In this document: positions 61,464 to 64,000 of the stretch, in pieces
How positions within the stretch are numbered: position 1 is the stretch's first letter
Layout of the letters: each line of letters opens with the position of its first letter
Assembly: GCF_018350175.1 (NCBI RefSeq)
Contig: NC_058383.1
Location: 30,444,001 to 30,508,000, forward strand
Direction: 5' to 3'
DNA: 64,000 nucleotides
Source: Felis catus
Taxonomy: Eukaryota
Position numbers and translations under genes: made by a program
The notes under the pieces: model-generated
What the model was told of the DNA's origin: nothing
Seen by the model: only the letters and a program-made list of their open reading frames with translations
Database searches by the model: none

Positions 61464-62323
61464 AGGACATATCAACCATTGAGACACAACATAACAGATG
61501 TAAAGCAGGTGACACAATGCCTAGTTACAGAAGGCTCTCAAAAACTATAGCGACAACTTATACTTAGTATCCCACTTGGTTCCTTCTCATTTCTGAATAG
61601 CCTTTCTCCACATTTACTTCTATAACTCCTTCCCTTCCTTCACCAGACTCTGGCCCTACTGGGCTTCCTTTATGTCCGCAGGCATGGTGAAATATTTTCC
61701 TGCCACAAGGCTTTTGCACATTCTTTATTTTCTGCCAAGAATACCACTTTCCCCCACTGTTTATGTGGACGATTCCTTCTCATTCATCCTTAGCCCTCAC
61801 TTAAATTGTCACCTCCTCATGATGCTACCTTTGTTATTCCTTATCTCACCACCCTCCTTGTTTCATCCTATACATATCACAAATAAGAATTCTCACTTTT
61901 ATCTATTGAATATAAGAAGAGTTTTCCATCAATCACTTGTAGACTCTAGAGGTCACAGATGTAGCTTACTTTTTGCTCCACTAGCACGATCTTTAAACAA
62001 GATCATGGAAGACAAAGATCTGTGTAATGCAGAAGTCATTCTGTGTAGAAAGGATTAAACAATAGAATAAACCCCATTTTCAACAGCACACTTACAAGAA
62101 TGCATATGCATTCTCCACGTTGCCCTTTGTTACATCAACCATGATTTAAAAAAAGGAAAACAAACACAAGGAGGTACTATGAACACAGTCCTGGATTGGC
62201 TATGCCTATAGGAAACAAAGTAATGCAGTTCTGATACGTAGTTTCATGGTGGTATGACTTGATGCATGTAAATAGCTTGAGAACCTAAGAGAACAGAAAG
62301 CTATCAAACGCCTCAAACTATCC

Positions 62324-62352
62324 ATTCATTCATTCATTCATTCATTCATTCA
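62324..62352. repeat. (CATT)n microsatellite
   Basis: About 7 units. Confidence 0.85.
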
Positions 62353-64000
62353 ACAAAGATATGCTTCATCAGCTGCCATATGTTCAAATGCCACATGTTA
62401 GGCAATGCACACGTGAGGCCTTTCCATTCGAACCCATCAGTTTGGTGTATATTCCCTCATTTTATATTACATTTATCTTCTCTCATTTACAAAATCTTAA
62501 GTCTTTTGAGGTGCCTTTATCATATGTGTTTCAGAAATAGCGGTAAACATAAATACCACACAAACAGCAGACGCGGCTACTCAATCTCACCCCTCACGCC
62601 CACCAGGCTTGAATACAGCCTCGAAGACCCTTGAAACACTCCACTTCAGGACGACTCTAGGGGGCATGAGCGATAGCACCCAAAAGGAACCCTAGGGTGT
62701 GTTTATTCTGGGTGGAAGAAAGAGCCCCAGCTTTGGAGTCAGACCACATTGTGCTTGAATCCATGTATCAGAAGGATAATCTGTGCCTGGTTACTCTGTC
62801 AGATATAGATAATCCTACCTACTTTCTCTTCGGTAAGAGAATTAAATAATATATTTGAAACATGTGGCACACAGCAGGTATCCAATAAATGCTTCCGGTG
62901 TTATTAGTTTTCCCCCAAGTAAGCCTCATAGAGGGTTTCACATACAATGATGGTTTAATAAGATGGGCTGGCATAAACAGAAACCTTCCAGAAGCTAGCA
63001 CAATGGGACACAAAAACTGAAAATCAGGAAAGGGGAACAAAAACACCCAACTTCCTCCCTCCATCCCCTCTATCCACACAACACATTCTATCCATTTTCT
63101 TTCCCTACATTTACTAAAAAGTATCCTGGGCAGCAGGAGATGCTGAGAGAGTTCGTGATTGAAAATCCTAAGGATGCGTGTTTTGTTCTTAAGCACTTTT
63201 CTTAGCTTGACCTGATTTTGCTCCAGAGGTGAGCATTATAAGATCTGGTGGCATATTGGAGCATTTGAGGACTCAAAGGGTGGGTAAACAGTTGATCGTA
63301 ACCGTGGATAAGTCAGGGCTTAGGGCCTGCCATTGGATGATTGCCCAATTACAGGATACAAAATGAATCTGTGGGTCTGCTGAGATTCCACCCCCCCCCC
63401 CCCCCCCCGATACTCACCACCTCCTCCCTCTGGGTGGTTAAGACTTCCTTTTAAATACAATAATTAAATGTGGAACATAGCTGCTGGAGATATAATACTC
63501 TGCTTGCCAATACATTTAAATTAATATTGTGATCCTAAGCAGGAGATGATTAAGGTTACCCTGCACCACCAAAGTCTTTTTTTATTATTAGCCATATCAA
63601 CACACCATAGCGATTGCATAACTATTAAACACACCCAACTCCTTCCTTAGTTTGCTTTCGGGCTGATGAAAACACGACATCTATGACCCAAAGAAGATGA
63701 ACGAAATAAAATGGCGGGAAATGCCAATGACAAAAATCTACTGGGATTAAATCGGTAGACTGGATTCTGATACCGTTGTCTCTGGGGGACATTTCACAAT
63801 TTCCAGGTAATGCTGGAATATCTGCCCACGATCTTTTAAACGTATGCAACTTCTCTTGGCATGTAAGTTGGCATCTACTAAACTAAACCGATAACAACAC
63901 TGAAGATTTAGTCCACAAGAAATAAAACCCCAATGAACTGACAAAGAAGAATAGTAGCAAGTACTTGAAAAGGTGCCCAGCCTTGTGTTTTGACAGCATT

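Noticed and set aside
62652..62670. CTCF site (ctagggggca)
   Set aside because: The 5' part of the core (CCAC/CCAG) is mismatched, and partial matches like this are expected by chance.

Overview
Mammalian nuclear DNA from a felid, most likely domestic cat, judged from young Felidae-type Can-SINEs and a felid-type L1 3' end. I can support no protein-coding exon, functional RNA gene, CRISPR array or prokaryote-like system. The window looks like deep intron or intergenic DNA. It holds about 38 tRNA-Lys-derived Can-SINE copies or fragments (roughly 29 on + and 9 on -), old L1, L2 and MIR remnants, MaLR/ERVL solo LTRs, hAT-Charlie MITEs, microsatellites, and several repeat-free, motif-rich islands that may be enhancers. 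The most interesting items are structural. They include a 24-bp minisatellite that arose inside a MIR, a head-to-tail triple SINE with a possible recombinant middle copy, repeated SINE insertion into one target site, a SINE with a perfect 17-bp TSD but no terminal poly(A), a diverged ~120-bp local duplication, a perfect 20-bp ETS palindrome, and a few splice-site-bounded candidate exons that are mostly non-coding. Repeat family names come from recalled consensus motifs, not a search, and boundaries of old repeats are approximate.
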